IMG/VR virus record: IMGVR_UViG_3300044971_004534
Direction: 5' to 3' (one strand)
DNA length: 64,000 nucleotides
Source of the DNA: a virus
Shown here piece by piece: positions 7,483-17,046 of the stretch. The position numbers were made by a program, and so were the translations under genes. The notes below the pieces were generated by a model. The model was given only the letters and a program-made list of their open reading frames with translations. It did no database searches and had not been told where the DNA came from. Positions within the stretch are counted from its first letter, which is position 1. Each line of letters starts with the position of its first letter.

Positions 7483-8841
7483 ATGAAGATTCAGAATCGC
7501 ACAGGTCATTCTGTCTATATTTCTGATATTGATAGAAATTTTTCTCCAACTGAAATAGTTAATTTTTATGAATTATCAAAACAAGATTTATTAAAAAGTA
7601 CTTCACTTAGAAAATTAATACGTTCTGGAGCTTTTTATCCCGTTGAATGGGATGTCAATTCAACTCTTGAATCTTCTCTTCAAAAAGAAAGTGAGCAATT
7701 TTATCAGGCTATGGTAAAAGAAAAAAATAAAGAAAGCAACGGAATATTATTAAGAGGCCAGTTTTTAGATTACAGTGGATATGGCAAGGTGAATAGAAAT
7801 CTTGCTATATGCTTAAAAAAACGAGGGGTAAATATTTCCGTTAATGCTATTGATCATGCTCACCCAAGGCTAATAGGAAATGATCTAATAATAGGATCAA
7901 GTTTTTCTTATACTCACAGTACAGTTTCTGATGTTGTGATAGACAGTATTGTTCCGTCTTTTGATACTGCTCGTGGTAAGAAGAAATCAATTTTATACAC
8001 CACTGTTGAATCTTATACAATACCACAAAACTTTTCAGATATATTTAAAAAGTATGATGAGATATGGACTACCTCTAATTTTTGCAAGAGTGTAATTTCT
8101 CAACATTTTAGCGGTCCTATATCGGTAGTGCCTGGAATCGTAGATTCTCAGACTTATTGCATTGATGGAAATAGGGCAGATATACGTAATCAGTCTAAGA
8201 GCTTTAAATTTATTAGTGTCTTTAATTGGAACTACAGAAAAGGACCTGATGCATTGTTAAAAGCTTACTGTAAGGCATTTTCTAATAGTGATGATGTTTC
8301 TTTAATACTTGTCTGTCGCAAAAAAAGGATATCTGGTCCAGCTAGTGGTGTTAAAGACGAAGTTGAAAAAACTATTAATGATTTAAATTTAAAAAATCCA
8401 CCTCACATTATGCGTGTTACTAAAGAATTAAATGAAGATGGCATAGCCAGTCTTTATAGGGCTTGTAATGCCTTTGTACTTCCCTCTAGGGGCGAAGGTT
8501 ACGGCCTGCCCTACTTGGAGGCAAGCCTTTGTGGTCTGCCTGTGATTGGCACTAATGTAAGTGCAGTTGCAGACATTTTAAACACAAAAAATAGTTTATT
8601 ATTAGATATAGACCGTCTTTCAAAGGTTCCTCAAAATGCAACTGGTGCTTATTTTTGGGACGATCATATTATGGCAGATTTAACTTCTGAATCTTTTATT
8701 AATAGTCTTGCGGATGGTATGAAAGATATGTATATTCATTATAAAAAATATGTCGAAAAAAATAAAGATCTTCAAAAATTTGCTATACAGCATGCATCTG
8801 CGGATAAAGTTTTTAGCATAATAAAGGAAAGAATAAATTGA
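7483..8841 (+). CDS. Glycosyltransferase, GT-B fold (GT4-like)
   Basis: The C-terminal half carries the GT4/GT1 EX7E-type signature FVLPSRGEGYGLPYLEASLCGLPVIGTNVSAVADIL. The length (452 aa) fits a GT-B enzyme with an N-terminal extension. Confidence 0.75.
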   Translation: MKIQNRTGHSVYISDIDRNFSPTEIVNFYELSKQDLLKSTSLRKLIRSGAFYPVEWDVNSTLESSLQKESEQFYQAMVKEKNKESNGILLRGQFLDYSGYGKVNRNLAICLKKRGVNISVNAIDHAHPRLIGNDLIIGSSFSYTHSTVSDVVIDSIVPSFDTARGKKKSILYTTVESYTIPQNFSDIFKKYDEIWTTSNFCKSVISQHFSGPISVVPGIVDSQTYCIDGNRADIRNQSKSFKFISVFNWNYRKGPDALLKAYCKAFSNSDDVSLILVCRKKRISGPASGVKDEVEKTINDLNLKNPPHIMRVTKELNEDGIASLYRACNAFVLPSRGEGYGLPYLEASLCGLPVIGTNVSAVADILNTKNSLLLDIDRLSKVPQNATGAYFWDDHIMADLTSESFINSLADGMKDMYIHYKKYVEKNKDLQKFAIQHASADKVFSIIKERIN

Positions 8842-9428
8842 TAGCCATATTTGATTATAGTGAAGACAAGGTTGTGCTTATAGGCGACAAAACTTATCGT
8901 ATTAGTTTTGAAGAATTTAATCGCATAGAGAACAAATTGAGAGCTATTGGACTTTTGGTTTTAAACGGTCGTGACTCTCATATCGCAACAAGTGTTGTCA
9001 AGCAGCCATCTTTGCTGTCAGGTAATGAACGTCTTGTTTCAGAGCAACAAAGTGGTCAAAAAGAATATATTGGTTCAGCTAGTGGTAAATGTGTTATAGT
9101 GAATGGTCTTGAGCCAAAAATACAGTTCATGGGACTAGATGACATAAAATCTATTGGTAGTATCTCTTCCACTTATGGCTCCATTCCAGAGGCTATATCT
9201 ATACTTATAAAAAATGGTCAACTTGTTTTGCTTAATGATGCTGAAAAAGCAGAACGATTGGAAAAAATGAAACAAAAAATGGCAGTAAAAGGCAAATCAA
9301 TCAAGCAGGCGAGCAGTAAGTCTGTAAGATTATCTGAAAATGCTATGGAAGATTCTGGCTATGAAGATTCTTCTGATGTTGATGTAGAAGATAGAGTTAT
9401 GAGAAACGCAGTAAAAATAGATTTATAA
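8838..9428 (+). CDS. Hypothetical protein
   Basis: 196-aa ORF. It has a TTG start overlapping the upstream stop (TTGA at 8838-8841), with AAAGGA at ~8824-8829. No motif recognised. Confidence 0.65.
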   Translation: MIAIFDYSEDKVVLIGDKTYRISFEEFNRIENKLRAIGLLVLNGRDSHIATSVVKQPSLLSGNERLVSEQQSGQKEYIGSASGKCVIVNGLEPKIQFMGLDDIKSIGSISSTYGSIPEAISILIKNGQLVLLNDAEKAERLEKMKQKMAVKGKSIKQASSKSVRLSENAMEDSGYEDSSDVDVEDRVMRNAVKIDL

Positions 9429-9429
9429 A

Positions 9430-10143
9430 ATGAAAAAGATACTACTATCATTGCCTCAAGTTGAATGGTCATGCTTTCTGGCGTCATATTTGCAAAACAT
9501 TTTGCAAATATACTATGCAACACCGGTTGATTTTGATTTGCTTGAAAAAAATTCTATTGATGAAATAACTTTTCCATATATAGGCGGTAAAAATCAAATC
9601 GTTAATTATTGTGAAATTCAAAAGTCATATGACTTGGTTGTGGACTTAGATCCTGATCCGTTGTTTTCTAAGTTTTTAAATAATAAATATGGGAATGTTG
9701 AAAGTATACAGAATTGCTTATATAATTCAGGTGAAATTTCTATATGGGAATCTGTTGCTAATCATTTTTCTGTACCGTTTTTAGAGCCAAAATTTTCTAT
9801 AAAAATTAAAAATAAGACTCGTAAAAATCGTTCTATATCTGGTGTTGCGATAAAAAATAACAATTTAAGGTCATATGTCAAAAATGCTTTTTTTATTGAA
9901 GACAACAGATTGTGGCATGTTCCCGTAAGACAAAATTTGATTAAAAGATATGATGAGTGTAATACTGTAGAAAGTATTGTTACTGATGATATCTTCTGTG
10001 CTTTATCAGGTTTTGCAATGAATAAAGATGTAATATTTTTAAGGCTTAATGAGTGCACTCCAAATATTCATATAAAAGATAAAATACATATACAAGATAT
10101 TGGAGATTTTATTAATGCAGCTCATACTAAAGAAGCCAATTGA
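9430..10143 (+). CDS. Hypothetical protein
   Basis: 237-aa ORF starting 2 nt after the previous stop. No motif recognised. Confidence 0.65.
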   Translation: MKKILLSLPQVEWSCFLASYLQNILQIYYATPVDFDLLEKNSIDEITFPYIGGKNQIVNYCEIQKSYDLVVDLDPDPLFSKFLNNKYGNVESIQNCLYNSGEISIWESVANHFSVPFLEPKFSIKIKNKTRKNRSISGVAIKNNNLRSYVKNAFFIEDNRLWHVPVRQNLIKRYDECNTVESIVTDDIFCALSGFAMNKDVIFLRLNECTPNIHIKDKIHIQDIGDFINAAHTKEAN

Positions 10144-10954
10144 TAGGAAAAAATCTGTAAAAAGCGTTAAAGAACCCATTAGGTATTTACCAACTAATTT
10201 TGGATTTCATATACCTAATGTGAATCCTGGGAATGTTAAAGTCGCTGTTTTGGACACAGGAGTTCCAGCTCATAGCGATATGTCAAATATAGGATGTCAT
10301 TCTGAACTTTCATTTGTAGATCTTTTATCTTCAAAATCTACAGTATGGGATGAGCATGGTCATGCTACGATAGTTACTGGGATACTCGCTGGGTCTAATC
10401 CAAGCACCATCATGGGTATGGCTCCATCTGCAAGATATTATTTCTGTAAGGTGATGGACGATTTTGGAGATGGAGACACAAACAATTTAACAGCCGGAAT
10501 AATATGGTCAATTACTAATAACGTTGATATTATTTTGATATGCGCTGGCTCTCCAATTTATGACAGATATTTAGAAAAAGTGATTAAAAAAGCAGTAGAT
10601 GTTGGATGCATAGTTATAGCTTCATCTGGCAAGGAGGTAACTAGGGGAAATAAAATATTATATCCAGCAGCATTTGACGGTGTTATATGTTGTAGTTCTT
10701 CCAAGGAACCAAGCTCTCAATTTGTTCCTGATAAAAATAAGCTCTATGTTGATGTGAATGCAAGTAACACGTGGTCTACTTTTCCGTCAGATTCTTATAT
10801 GAAAACTTCTGGTAGTAGTATTGCAGCGTCTATTGTTTGTGGGTGTAGTATTAATCTTCTTGGAGATTGCCGCATGAGGAATATTCCTATTAATAGTGTA
10901 GCAGACTTTATGCAGAAGATGGATAGTTCTTTTAGGGGTGAATCATATGGCTAA
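10115..10954 (+). CDS. Subtilisin-like serine protease (peptidase S8 family)
   Basis: The catalytic triad motifs appear in S8 order: VAVLDTGV (Asp), HGHATIVTGILAG (His), TSGSSIAASIVCG (Ser). I prefer the ATG at 10115 (GGAG at 10102-10105) to the track's TTG at 10100. It overlaps the upstream ORF by 29 nt. No obvious signal peptide. Confidence 0.8.
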   Translation: MQLILKKPIDRKKSVKSVKEPIRYLPTNFGFHIPNVNPGNVKVAVLDTGVPAHSDMSNIGCHSELSFVDLLSSKSTVWDEHGHATIVTGILAGSNPSTIMGMAPSARYYFCKVMDDFGDGDTNNLTAGIIWSITNNVDIILICAGSPIYDRYLEKVIKKAVDVGCIVIASSGKEVTRGNKILYPAAFDGVICCSSSKEPSSQFVPDKNKLYVDVNASNTWSTFPSDSYMKTSGSSIAASIVCGCSINLLGDCRMRNIPINSVADFMQKMDSSFRGESYG

Positions 10955-11762
10955 TCTTGTATTTACTTTTACCACACAATATCCAGGTAGCTACTACGCC
11001 CTTGTTCATGATCATAAAAATATGTTTGTCAGTAGAATAACTGGTAACGCTGAATTTGTTTTTGGTAACATATCTAATTATTGTTTTTCTTTAACGCGTG
11101 GTAATTTAAATACTTATACAACAAATGTTTCTTCAGATAAGCTTGGAACTGGTGTCTATACTTTTAGAATTTATAACAAAAACGGAAGTTCTTTTGATCC
11201 TGAAAAAGATGAGTTAGTTTCAGTAGGGCAAACGGGCTGGAATGCTGCTTTATCCTTACAGACTAATCCTAATGATATTATTAGTTCTATTGATGCATAT
11301 GAAAAGCGTCAGGATAATATATTTAGATTAGAAATACTATTAGATTCTGTTCAGCTAGGACTGCGTAACAATGAAACTGGTTTTGCAAGAATAGATTTTG
11401 ATGAAATAACTTCGTCAATGAAAATAAAATCCTTTTGGAAATTACAAACTGGTATTATTCCTAGTCGTATTAGCTTGAGGGGGCCAGCAGCATTAGGTGC
11501 AAGAGCAAACCCTGTTTTATCTATTAATATTCCAAACAATGCGTCAAAGCTAGATAGTATTCAGCAGGTAGATAATGCCGTAGCTTCTTTGTTGGCTTCT
11601 AAGAATTTTTATGTCACTATAGATACTTCTGCCTTTCCAAATGGTAGAATAGGGGGATATCCAATTTATTCTCCTTCTTCTATTTCTACACGTTCTGGCA
11701 CTGTAGCTTTTAGAATTGCATCTAGCAATACTTCAACAGGAGTTTCTTTCAGGACTTCATAA
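10947..11762 (+). CDS. Hypothetical protein
   Basis: ORF with an ATG at 10947 preceded by AGGGG (10934-10938); the track's GTG at 10938 is the alternative start. It overlaps the protease stop by 8 nt. No motif recognised. Confidence 0.65.
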   Translation: MANLVFTFTTQYPGSYYALVHDHKNMFVSRITGNAEFVFGNISNYCFSLTRGNLNTYTTNVSSDKLGTGVYTFRIYNKNGSSFDPEKDELVSVGQTGWNAALSLQTNPNDIISSIDAYEKRQDNIFRLEILLDSVQLGLRNNETGFARIDFDEITSSMKIKSFWKLQTGIIPSRISLRGPAALGARANPVLSINIPNNASKLDSIQQVDNAVASLLASKNFYVTIDTSAFPNGRIGGYPIYSPSSISTRSGTVAFRIASSNTSTGVSFRTS

Positions 11763-11770
11763 ATATTAGT

Positions 11771-12781
11771 ATGACTACATACGGACAAATAGCAGAAAAT
11801 GTTGGAAATTTCTCTCAAGGCACTATTAACAGTCTTTTCTTGAAAGTTACCGACATAGACGGCAAGGCTAAGGCTGCAGAGGATGTAAAGATAAGTATTA
11901 CTAAAGACGACGCATATGCTGATCCTGTTGTGGATTTGGCAATAGCATCTACAGTGCAAGACGGATATTATTTTTATGAATGGTCTATAGCTAGCGATGC
12001 CCCTGCTGGCAACTATACTGTTACATGGACTTATTTATTAGATGATGAAGAAAAAATTACTATTCAATCTGTTATCGTAAATGAAAAACCAACTGCTGAA
12101 AATGCATATTGGGGCGTAGTTAATGATCTAAGAATTGCTCTTGAGTTTCATATTCGTTCTGCTATGAATATTCCTATTTATTTTGAACAGGCTAAGCCAA
12201 GTAGAAATAAAACAAATTATAAATTTACATTTCCCAGATGGAATCAAAGTGCTGGCGTTAAAGTATACAGAAATCAAGAAATTGTAGAATCTGGCGTTAC
12301 TATAAATTATTTTAAGGGAGAAGTAATTTTTGACAATCCCTTGTCTACATATGATGTAGTAAATTGTGATTATAATTTTAGATGGTTTGATGATGGTCAA
12401 TTATATCAATTTTTGCAAAACGGTCTTAATAGATATAATCACTATCCAGCAGTTTCTTATTACGCTTTAAATTCAATGCCAGAAAGAGCTTACACTCCGG
12501 TCATATATGGAGCTGTGGTTGACGCTCTTAGGGAAATGATGATGTCTTTGCAGTTCCAAGAGCCACAGCTTGTCTTTGGTTCTGTAGAAAGAGCTCAAAG
12601 TGTGTTTGGAAACCTTGACACATTAAAGAAAAATTACGAAGAAAGTCTTAAGTCCATGCTTGATACCAAGAAGAATGGACCTTACACTGGATTGACAAAG
12701 ATGATTGTCGTTCCTGAGTACACGCTGCCTGGAGGCAGAAGTCGTTGGTTTAGATACATGTTCACAGGTTCAAATATTTAA
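11771..12781 (+). CDS. Hypothetical protein (possible Ig-like N-terminal module)
   Basis: 336-aa ORF. The N-terminal ~110 aa look beta-sandwich-like (YFYEWSIASDAPAGNYTVTWTYLLDDEEKITIQSVIV). Function unknown. Confidence 0.6.
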   Translation: MTTYGQIAENVGNFSQGTINSLFLKVTDIDGKAKAAEDVKISITKDDAYADPVVDLAIASTVQDGYYFYEWSIASDAPAGNYTVTWTYLLDDEEKITIQSVIVNEKPTAENAYWGVVNDLRIALEFHIRSAMNIPIYFEQAKPSRNKTNYKFTFPRWNQSAGVKVYRNQEIVESGVTINYFKGEVIFDNPLSTYDVVNCDYNFRWFDDGQLYQFLQNGLNRYNHYPAVSYYALNSMPERAYTPVIYGAVVDALREMMMSLQFQEPQLVFGSVERAQSVFGNLDTLKKNYEESLKSMLDTKKNGPYTGLTKMIVVPEYTLPGGRSRWFRYMFTGSNI

Positions 12782-12782
12782 T

Positions 12783-13064
12783 ATGTTTACAAAAGATAAT
12801 ATAAGAAATGCGTTAATGGATAAAAATGTAACATTTTTTGTGTTACCTACTAAAGCCATAAAAGATCATATTATTAAATGTGATGATCCAGACATTAATG
12901 GATTGTCGCAAGAAGTTAAGAGTATATTTTTGGAAGGGAAGGGGCTGACGGTAGAAAATAAAATGGTTGCAGATTATATGGATGGAATGCTTGACTCAAA
13001 AAATCACAAAATAATATCTTTATGTGAAATAAGAGTTTTGCAAGACAGAGTACCTGTAATTTAA
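12783..13064 (+). CDS. Hypothetical small protein
   Basis: I prefer the ATG at 12783 (MFTKDNIRNAL...), 2 nt after the upstream stop (12779-12781). The track's 12705 start would overlap the upstream gene by 77 nt. Confidence 0.55.
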   Translation: MFTKDNIRNALMDKNVTFFVLPTKAIKDHIIKCDDPDINGLSQEVKSIFLEGKGLTVENKMVADYMDGMLDSKNHKIISLCEIRVLQDRVPVI

Positions 13065-13075
13065 AAAAAATAGTT

Positions 13076-13489
13076 ATGGTCATTACTGGGAAAAAAGACC
13101 CGATTATATTCAAGGACTATGGAGAATATTTCCATTTTACTCGCCCCTTGAGTCTTTATCAAAAAACTAAACTGTTTGATAGCTTTAGACACGATTTACG
13201 TTATCTACTTGAGAGTAGCTATTTAGAAGATGGATGGGCTGAAGTCGTAGAGATGAATTTACTGGAGCACAAAATAGAGTCTATTAAAAAACAGTTTAAT
13301 AAAGATCTTTATCAGATGAAATTAAAAATAAACTCAGGATTTAAAATTAGAGTAAAACAGACATTTTGGAATTTTGTACAACAAGAACTTTCTGACATAT
13401 CAGAAAGTCGTAAAAAACATATTTTGGGCAACATATCGTATAGTCATGACCCAAAAGATTTGCGTTGGATTATTATTGAAAAGAGGTAA
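13076..13489 (+). CDS. Hypothetical protein
   Basis: 137-aa ORF in series with its neighbours. No motif recognised. Confidence 0.6.
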   Translation: MVITGKKDPIIFKDYGEYFHFTRPLSLYQKTKLFDSFRHDLRYLLESSYLEDGWAEVVEMNLLEHKIESIKKQFNKDLYQMKLKINSGFKIRVKQTFWNFVQQELSDISESRKKHILGNISYSHDPKDLRWIIIEKR

Positions 13490-13493
13490 ATTT

Positions 13494-14198
13494 ATGAGCA
13501 AGAATACGAAGGCTAAGAAGAAGGCTGCACAGGAGCTGAAAACTGGCACTTATGTGTACAGTGCTTTTAAGCCAAGAGATTCGTTTCAGCAATCTGCAGT
13601 AGATACTGTTTTGTCAAACCCAGTTTCCGTGCTTTATGGTGTTGCAGGCACTGGTAAAACGACGGTGGCAGTTGGTTGTGCGCTCAGAATGTTAATGGCT
13701 GGCGAAATAGACACTATTGTCGTGACCAGGCCATACGTAACCGCTGGTGAAAAGCTTGGTTTTTTACCAGGTAATATTGAAGAAAAGTTTGACCCGTTTG
13801 TAATGCCAATTAAGATGATATTAGAAAAACTTGTTGGCAAAGCTACTGCTGGTAGATACTTTGCTAGCAATAAGGTCATGATACTCCCTCTTGCATATAT
13901 GAGAGGCATGACTTTTGAGAAGTCTTTTGTGATTATGGATGAAGCTCAAAACAGTAGTTGTGAACAAATGCATCTTTTATTAACTCGTTTAGGTAAAGAC
14001 AGTAAAATATGTATTGCTGGTGACGAGTTCCAGACAGACCTTGAAAAGAGCTCTAAGAATGGCTTGACTGATGCGCTTCATAGGTTAAAGGGTATAGAAG
14101 GCATTGGAATGTTTGAGTTCCCTCCAGAGAGCTGCCAAAGACATGCTCTAGTGTCTCAAATTGACTCTAAATACAAAAACTATAAACCATCTAAGTAA
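13494..14198 (+). CDS. phoH: PhoH-like ATPase
   Basis: Walker A is GVAGTGKTT. The PhoH-typical block is IMDEAQNSSCEQMHLLLTRLGKDSKICIAGDEFQTDL. I prefer the ATG at 13494 (MSKNTKAKKK...), which has AAGAGG at 13481-13486 and lies just after the upstream stop at 13487-13489. The track's 13374 start lies inside the upstream gene. Confidence 0.85.
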   Translation: MSKNTKAKKKAAQELKTGTYVYSAFKPRDSFQQSAVDTVLSNPVSVLYGVAGTGKTTVAVGCALRMLMAGEIDTIVVTRPYVTAGEKLGFLPGNIEEKFDPFVMPIKMILEKLVGKATAGRYFASNKVMILPLAYMRGMTFEKSFVIMDEAQNSSCEQMHLLLTRLGKDSKICIAGDEFQTDLEKSSKNGLTDALHRLKGIEGIGMFEFPPESCQRHALVSQIDSKYKNYKPSK

Positions 14199-14273
14199 TT
14201 GTCGTTTACTGTTATACGCAAAAACCTGCAGGGGTATTGGCTATTATTTTCGAAATAAATTTAGGTAATTTAT

Positions 14274-16865
14274 ATGAGTACTCCATTTAATTTAATAAAA
14301 TTAGCTCAAAGTATAAGCGAATTAGAGGCAGAGGCTAGGCAGATAATTGCTCGCCTCGGCGTCAAAGCTGCCTCTAAGGACAAACGCTTACAGGAGATAA
14401 TTCTGCTGCTACAAACAAAAGAAAGTCCTCGTGCTGAGGCTATTGCTGACAGTTTAACCAGTGATCTATATTCTGAGGAGCTTGTGCCAGAGCAGCGCTC
14501 TGTAGAACAAGTAGCTCAAGAAAGAGGTTTAAGAGAAAAGCATTGGAGCGTCGTTCTGCTTGGAGAATTGAACAAGGTGGCTGGTTCATTAAAGGGAAAA
14601 ATTATTAGTGATATCAAGAGCATAAATACCGAGCCATATAAAAACTGTGCAAACGCAAGCGCTCTTCGATGGGTTCAATATAATGCTGGTCGTAAGGGTC
14701 ATGGTAGTATCTATGCTAACGCTATTGACACATTGGCAAATGATACTAATCCAGTCTTTGAGATGGATGATTTTTTTGGATATCATCCGCCAATTGTTGC
14801 TACTTATTACGCTTTGCATCCAGAAATACTCAAGTCTATCTCTCAATCTATGTATGACAGAATGCTGTCTTATGGCATTTCTGATGTGTCTGAAGGGGTA
14901 AGTAGCGTCCAGCGAGTTGATTTATTAAAATATCGTGAAAATATTTTGCAAAACTGGGGTGCCTTAAGCTCTAACAAGGGTGGAATCCCCCTCCATTGGA
15001 CATCATATCGAGATGAATCAAATAGCTTTTTTACATTTGGACAAATATTAATTAAAGACTTTACTCATAGATTGTCTCAGCAAGATCCTGAAGCAATGTG
15101 TATTTTATTTGAAAAGCTCTACAGGCACGTTACAAGGCTGGTCAGCGTGGAGATGAGTAAGGCTAAAGGCGACAGGGGTGCAGGCGAAGAAGGACAAGAT
15201 ATCGTAGAATTGGGTAAATCAGATTTTTCTTCAGCACAATCTGAACTAGTTGGCAATGAACAAAGACGCCAAGCTATGGAAGCAAATTTGCAATATGCTT
15301 TAGACGAGTCAGTTTTTTCTAATGGTACTAAATCCTTTGTCAAGCAAATAGAATTTTTGGAAACATATAAGTCTTACTTTAGTAGTCTTTTGTCAGTTAT
15401 GGATAGTAGCAGAGATCCTGAATCATTTAAGATTATCTTAAGTTTATCAAATGATGTAGAAAGTGCCATTTCTAATTTTGTTTATCAATACGTAGACTCG
15501 CTTACGAATGCGCATAAATATTCTTTAGAGTATAGAGAAAATAAAGGTATAACAATTTTAGATTTATCATTTGACAAAATGCTTAAATCTAATGCTCGCA
15601 AGGATGGTAAGCACTTTATTGTAAAATTTTCTGGCTCTAATGGTTATGTAAATATAAATGCAAAATTTATCGATAATGGTAAAAAGATCAAAAAAGAACT
15701 TGTTGATATTTCTAGTGGTAGACTTTTAGGAATATTTAAAGAGTTGTCTCTAATTGAATTTGATGGATTAGAAATAAAAATTTCACCTAAACAGATGTTG
15801 TCATTAACCAAGCAGGGAGATGACAATGAAAATGATTTGTTAAATTCTCTTGGTGATGTTTTTGAGATGTATGGCGAGCTAAATACGCCAGCAGAAAATA
15901 AAAAATTATCTCAGGCAGTATTTCAGAAGCCTTTTTATAGCGTAAAGCCAGAGCTGATACAACATTATCAGCAGCAAAATGCAATACCAATGTTGGCTTC
16001 AATATGTAGGGGCTTTTTTTATGAACATCCAGAGTTAATAGACAAAGTAATTGTTGGTATTAAAAATACTGGTAGCAAATCTCTAAGTGCACAAGAAAAA
16101 ATCATAGATTGGAAAAAATCATTTCCCAATCAGTATAATGCATTTGAAAGTGTATATGTACTTATATCAAATCATTTAATTAACAAGATTAGATTATTAA
16201 AAGAAAAAGTTAATTTAACTGATGAGGCTATAGAATGTTTTTATACAATTGGAAATTCAGCTTTAATTTCTGAAATTGAAAAATTATCTGTCTCTTTAAA
16301 AACAGAATCCGATCCAGATAAAAGGAAGGCAATATCTGATCTTATTGCTTCTCATAAAGAAGCTCAAAAAGTTTTTGATAATTTATTTATAGGATTAAAT
16401 CAGTCAGGTTTTAAAAGTGAAGGAAGCGTAGACGTTGATTCTAAGTGGCTTACCAGTGCAATCGGGAGTCTTTGGAAAGACGGAGAAATATCTAATTTAA
16501 TTGATAGTATAGAATATAAAGAAAAAATTATTCCTGAAATTACTTCATATATAAATAACCTAGACGATCTTCAAGTTATAGATTTAGCTGCTACAGCATA
16601 TCGTGGTCTAACATATAACATGACTAAGAAAGAATGCATGGACATTCTTCCAAAAATGAGGGGTATTTTAAGTAAATACGGATTAGAGTCTGGTGACGAA
16701 AAAGTTGCAGCAATCTTTTCTTTGTTGTCTTCTTCGTGTCCCATAGAGGCAAAACCAAAAACTGCAAATTCGCATTTCTCCTACAAATACGCAAATGTCG
16801 GTAATCATATTTATGAAATAAAAGATTGGATTAAAGCATTTGGAAGAAAAGCATATACAGAATAA
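14274..16865 (+). CDS. Hypothetical large protein (863 aa)
   Basis: Long uninterrupted ORF after a 75-nt gap. It looks mostly helical, with no NTPase, nuclease or polymerase motif recognised by eye. Confidence 0.7.
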   Translation: MSTPFNLIKLAQSISELEAEARQIIARLGVKAASKDKRLQEIILLLQTKESPRAEAIADSLTSDLYSEELVPEQRSVEQVAQERGLREKHWSVVLLGELNKVAGSLKGKIISDIKSINTEPYKNCANASALRWVQYNAGRKGHGSIYANAIDTLANDTNPVFEMDDFFGYHPPIVATYYALHPEILKSISQSMYDRMLSYGISDVSEGVSSVQRVDLLKYRENILQNWGALSSNKGGIPLHWTSYRDESNSFFTFGQILIKDFTHRLSQQDPEAMCILFEKLYRHVTRLVSVEMSKAKGDRGAGEEGQDIVELGKSDFSSAQSELVGNEQRRQAMEANLQYALDESVFSNGTKSFVKQIEFLETYKSYFSSLLSVMDSSRDPESFKIILSLSNDVESAISNFVYQYVDSLTNAHKYSLEYRENKGITILDLSFDKMLKSNARKDGKHFIVKFSGSNGYVNINAKFIDNGKKIKKELVDISSGRLLGIFKELSLIEFDGLEIKISPKQMLSLTKQGDDNENDLLNSLGDVFEMYGELNTPAENKKLSQAVFQKPFYSVKPELIQHYQQQNAIPMLASICRGFFYEHPELIDKVIVGIKNTGSKSLSAQEKIIDWKKSFPNQYNAFESVYVLISNHLINKIRLLKEKVNLTDEAIECFYTIGNSALISEIEKLSVSLKTESDPDKRKAISDLIASHKEAQKVFDNLFIGLNQSGFKSEGSVDVDSKWLTSAIGSLWKDGEISNLIDSIEYKEKIIPEITSYINNLDDLQVIDLAATAYRGLTYNMTKKECMDILPKMRGILSKYGLESGDEKVAAIFSLLSSSCPIEAKPKTANSHFSYKYANVGNHIYEIKDWIKAFGRKAYTE

Positions 16866-17046
16866 TCATAAAATATCTTGCGTTTGTGCTTTATGTGGTA
16901 AACAAACTGACGCAAATATATCGCTTGAATTTAATTTTTTACAACGAAAAATATATTGGTATTGTGGTGAATGTCATAAAATGAATGACATAGATTTTCA
17001 AGCCTTAAAAGAAATACAACCACTTCCTAGAATGAGGTTAAGCTAA
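16840..17046 (+). CDS. Zinc-ribbon miniprotein (start uncertain)
   Basis: It has two CxxC pairs, CALCGK ... CGECHK, about 25 aa apart. The only available start is the TTG at 16840, overlapping the upstream ORF by 26 nt. Its stop overlaps the next start (TAATG at 17044-17048). Confidence 0.5.
   Translation: MEEKHIQNNHKISCVCALCGKQTDANISLEFNFLQRKIYWYCGECHKMNDIDFQALKEIQPLPRMRLS

Noticed and set aside
13374-13493. Upstream-extended starts proposed by the ORF track (13374 for phoH, 20444 for the GT-B-like gene, 12705 for the small ORF, 3638 for the capsid gene)
   Set aside because: Each extension overlaps the preceding gene or lacks an SD. In each case an in-frame ATG with better context sits just after the upstream stop codon (13494, 20504, 12783, 3656).
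14199-14273. The 75-nt gap after phoH considered as a tRNA/small RNA gene or terminator; it contains the palindrome CCTGCAGG at 14225-14232
   Set aside because: There is no acceptor-stem complementarity between the ends. The 8-bp palindrome has no loop and cannot form a stable hairpin. No stem plus T-tract is present.
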